A DNA stretch of 63,983 nt, filler included, from Theionarchaea archaeon (GTDB taxonomy: Archaea; Methanobacteriota_B; Thermococci; Methanofastidiosales; SZ-28-30): the NCBI GenBank assembly GCA_018992565.1. It is 5 parts of 5 records of this genome, joined end to end, with 100 filler letters (N's around TTAATTAATTAA, not from the genome) between each part and the next. Parts side by side here need not be neighbours in the genome. Positions count along the whole stretch, not along the records: positions 56,889 to 63,983 come from JACVGW010000112.1; 4 more parts are not named here. One strand, 5' to 3'. The notes under the pieces are model-generated. The model was not told where the DNA came from, searched no databases, and was given only the letters and a program-made list of their open reading frames with translations. Position numbers and translations under genes: made by a program. Positions 61,616 through 63,983 of this stretch are shown in pieces. The first letter of the stretch is position 1; every line of letters starts with the position of its first letter.

Positions 61616-63208
61616 GAAGAGTGTCCCTCAGGGTATATGTGCAGGCACGAGCAGTGGGTGCCTTCAGTCTATATCTTTTCAAATCCGATCTGGGTATTTG
61701 GGATTAGAAATGAGCAGCAGATAGGAGGTATTCTTAATTTTCGCCCCTATCCTGACTATGACTGTCCTGAACATTGTACCGAAGACATTCCCATCGTGTA
61801 TATGGCAGAAGTGGTGTATGTCAATCCTGCAGACCCTGATTTTAACATTGAAGATGTCCCCCTGACATATATACTGCCTGGGAAGTATGTGGTGACTTCT
61901 CCTTCCTTCTTGATCGGATGCAACAATACCTTATGGTACTTTCCAGATGATGGCAGAGGTGCCCGCCACATGCGCGCCGATTTAAAGACTGACAAGTCAA
62001 AATATGGGGGGGAAGAGCTCTGTGCTATACTGACCCTGGAGATCACAGATGAGGAGACGGGAGAACGTATACAAGCTGACAGCATTGAAGGGAGTATTAA
62101 CCTCCCTGACTCTACACAGAAGACCCTTACACGTGAGGACTGGTCATGGAATCCTCGCACCAATTTATATTACTATGAATGGGATTTCTGTAATGATGAC
62201 GGTGGTACAGCTGACCCAAAAGAGGGGTTCTATACTGCTCATGTCTATGTGAAGAAGAGGTTTTATGAAGATGTCCAGGCATCTACAGAGTTTGGTGTCT
62301 GTTACCACATAACGCTCACCCTCGAATTTGACAGAGATCCTCCTGAATATGAGGAGGGAGAACAGGTTCATCTTACGGTGATAGCAGTTGACGAACATGG
62401 TGAACCTGTGAGCGCGGGAGTGAAAAGTGTCATATCCCTTCCAGATGGTGCAGTAGACACAGATCTTGAGTGGGATGAATCAGATCCAGGTGTCTATTCT
62501 GCCTGTTACCTCATTGAACAGAGAGGACATTACCAGATAACAATAGAAGTTGGAGGAGAGACCGTCTGTTATGTAGAGGAGATATCTAGTTCATTCCATG
62601 TGGAAGAGTGTGATGAGGCATTCATAACAGTGGAGATAGGAGATACCCTCCAGGATGAGCCTGCAGAGGTTGTTCTCTCAATTGAAAATGTCCTGGGAAC
62701 TCCCCTATCGGGAGCAGAGATTGAATGTGAGGTATGTGTTCCCACCGAACCTCCGTACACACTTCCCCTGCCCTTTATTGATAATGATGACGGTACGTAT
62801 ACTGCTGAATTCACTCCCCATGCACTGGGACGGTACTTGATGTCGGGTAGAGTCTTTGTTCCAGGTGCGGACATGTGCTTCAAAGGTTCATGTGAGATTT
62901 CTTTTGTTGTGGTTAAGAGTTACTACCCCGACCTTGAGATTAGGGATACGGATATCAAAGTTTCCCCTGCTGAGCCAGAACCCGGGGACGAGGTTATCAT
63001 TTCAGTAACGGTGAGAAATGTCGGGGAGGCAGATGCAGAGAATTTCTGGGTAGCAGTCTTTATTGATGGCCAGGAGTTTGATCGCCGGTTTGTGGAGAGG
63101 TTAGGTGCGCATGCCAGTGTTATCCTGGAATTCCGGTGGAAAGTCCTGCATTCTGATACGTACTTCATTGTTGCTGTAGCTGACGTGGGAAGGAGGGTGA
63201 TACAATGA
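61616..63208 (+). CDS. Acidic extracellular protein with Ig-like repeats and C-terminal CARDB domain (5' end in gap)
   Basis: PDL.I....I..SP.EP.PGDEV.ISVTVRNVG..DA.NF.V CARDB motif; 'DNDDGTYTA' Ig-like motif. Confidence 0.75.
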   Translation, partial: EECPSGYMCRHEQWVPSVYIFSNPIWVFGIRNEQQIGGILNFRPYPDYDCPEHCTEDIPIVYMAEVVYVNPADPDFNIEDVPLTYILPGKYVVTSPSFLIGCNNTLWYFPDDGRGARHMRADLKTDKSKYGGEELCAILTLEITDEETGERIQADSIEGSINLPDSTQKTLTREDWSWNPRTNLYYYEWDFCNDDGGTADPKEGFYTAHVYVKKRFYEDVQASTEFGVCYHITLTLEFDRDPPEYEEGEQVHLTVIAVDEHGEPVSAGVKSVISLPDGAVDTDLEWDESDPGVYSACYLIEQRGHYQITIEVGGETVCYVEEISSSFHVEECDEAFITVEIGDTLQDEPAEVVLSIENVLGTPLSGAEIECEVCVPTEPPYTLPLPFIDNDDGTYTAEFTPHALGRYLMSGRVFVPGADMCFKGSCEISFVVVKSYYPDLEIRDTDIKVSPAEPEPGDEVIISVTVRNVGEADAENFWVAVFIDGQEFDRRFVERLGAHASVILEFRWKVLHSDTYFIVAVADVGRRVIQ

Positions 63209-63983
63209 AGAAGACAGCTTTTAGTGTGATCTTGTTCCTCTTTGTCGCTCTGGGTGATTTTCCCCTGTTCTCTCAACCTGAAAATGAAGATTTATATCGC
63301 CAGTACAATGAGTACCGTGAATCTCTTCTCGATCTACAGGAAGAGGCAGCAACTGTCACCCTTGAAGTGAAACAGAATCCCAATTCTCAGGTTGTCTACA
63401 ATCACCTCCTCAGAATTGTAGAGAAAACTGGTATACTTATAGGGAAAGCAGAGTTAGCCTCTCAGAATGCCTTTGAAGGATTCCAGGGGAGCCTCAAGGG
63501 ACGTCTCGAGATATTGCTTGAGTTTGGGTTCTCCGAGAATCAGAGAGCGGATCTCCTGGCTTTGGGATACACAGAAGAAGACCTGACAGAGCTCATGAGA
63601 GCACTGGCGTACTACAATGATGATTACTACCACGCAGCAAATGGATTCACTGAAGAAGAGAGGGCATGGCTCCACTCACTGGGATTAACGGATTCAGATA
63701 TGGCTAAAATACAGGCTTCTATGAAAGATACGTATGAGGAAATTCACAGGATGAGAGAAGAAATCAAGAAGCAGCAATCAGACCTACTGTATATCCAGCT
63801 GTCACTGTCAGCTGCTGCCCTACGCTGTCTCATGGATACCAAGGTTGAGGCAGAAAAGAAAGCGGGTGATCCAAGGAGTCTTGAACCTGCTGAAGAGAAG
63901 CTCCTCAAAGCCATTCAGGAAGTATCAACGGATCAATCTTCTCTTGAACGGGTGAAAGCATGTGCAAAGCAGGTATACAAGGC
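63205..63983 (+). CDS. Secreted helical protein, runs off the window end (not in ORF track)
   Basis: ATG at 63205 overlaps the upstream TGA, with GGAGGGTGA upstream; MKKTAFSVILFLFVALG signal peptide; 'LLALGYTEEDL' and 'LHSLGLTDSDM' repeats. Confidence 0.7.
   Translation, partial: MKKTAFSVILFLFVALGDFPLFSQPENEDLYRQYNEYRESLLDLQEEAATVTLEVKQNPNSQVVYNHLLRIVEKTGILIGKAELASQNAFEGFQGSLKGRLEILLEFGFSENQRADLLALGYTEEDLTELMRALAYYNDDYYHAANGFTEEERAWLHSLGLTDSDMAKIQASMKDTYEEIHRMREEIKKQQSDLLYIQLSLSAAALRCLMDTKVEAEKKAGDPRSLEPAEEKLLKAIQEVSTDQSSLERVKACAKQVYK

Noticed and set aside
1..63983. CRISPR arrays, tRNA or rRNA genes
   Set aside because: No regularly spaced repeats or recognisable structural RNA signatures were seen by eye; a covariance-model scan was not possible.

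Overview
Archaeal genomic DNA. Evidence: adjacent PolD DP1/DP2 genes, RFC large subunit, TATA/BRE promoters, GGAGGTGA ribosome sites and DUF835 proteins. The gene content suggests a Theionarchaea/Thermococci-related metagenome bin, but this is inference only. The window is not contiguous. It has seven 100-nt gaps; four carry an artificial TTAATTAATTAA linker (8513-8612, 40196-40295, 48519-48618, 56789-56888) and three are plain N runs (18541-18640, 42070-42169, 61516-61615). Several genes are therefore truncated and adjacency across gaps is unproven. Most content is housekeeping, transport and signalling: polD, pyrD/pyrF, a pst/phoU operon with fused PstC-PstA, DUF835/REC/PAS/GAF proteins, rfcL, kynU, dppBC, pncB, an MsrP-like oxidoreductase, methylmalonyl-CoA mutase and several surface proteins. 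The standout is the ~8.2 kb segment 48619-56788, an apparent archaeal RiPP cluster. It encodes a 28-aa precursor missing from the ORF track (MYAKPRLEEITVRITADKWLISLPAVPY, 56558-56644, minus strand) with a YxxPxL RRE-binding leader. The precursor is followed by a SPASM radical SAM enzyme, a stand-alone PqqD/RRE, two cobalamin-dependent radical SAM enzymes, an HExxH membrane peptidase and an MFS exporter, plus a third convergent B12-radical SAM paralogue. Other oddities are a C4HC3 RING/PHD-like finger fused to a DppC permease, a 57-nt near-identical repeat inside the pstC-pstA fusion, and an AglB-like protein lacking WWDYG. No rRNA, tRNA or CRISPR array was recognised.
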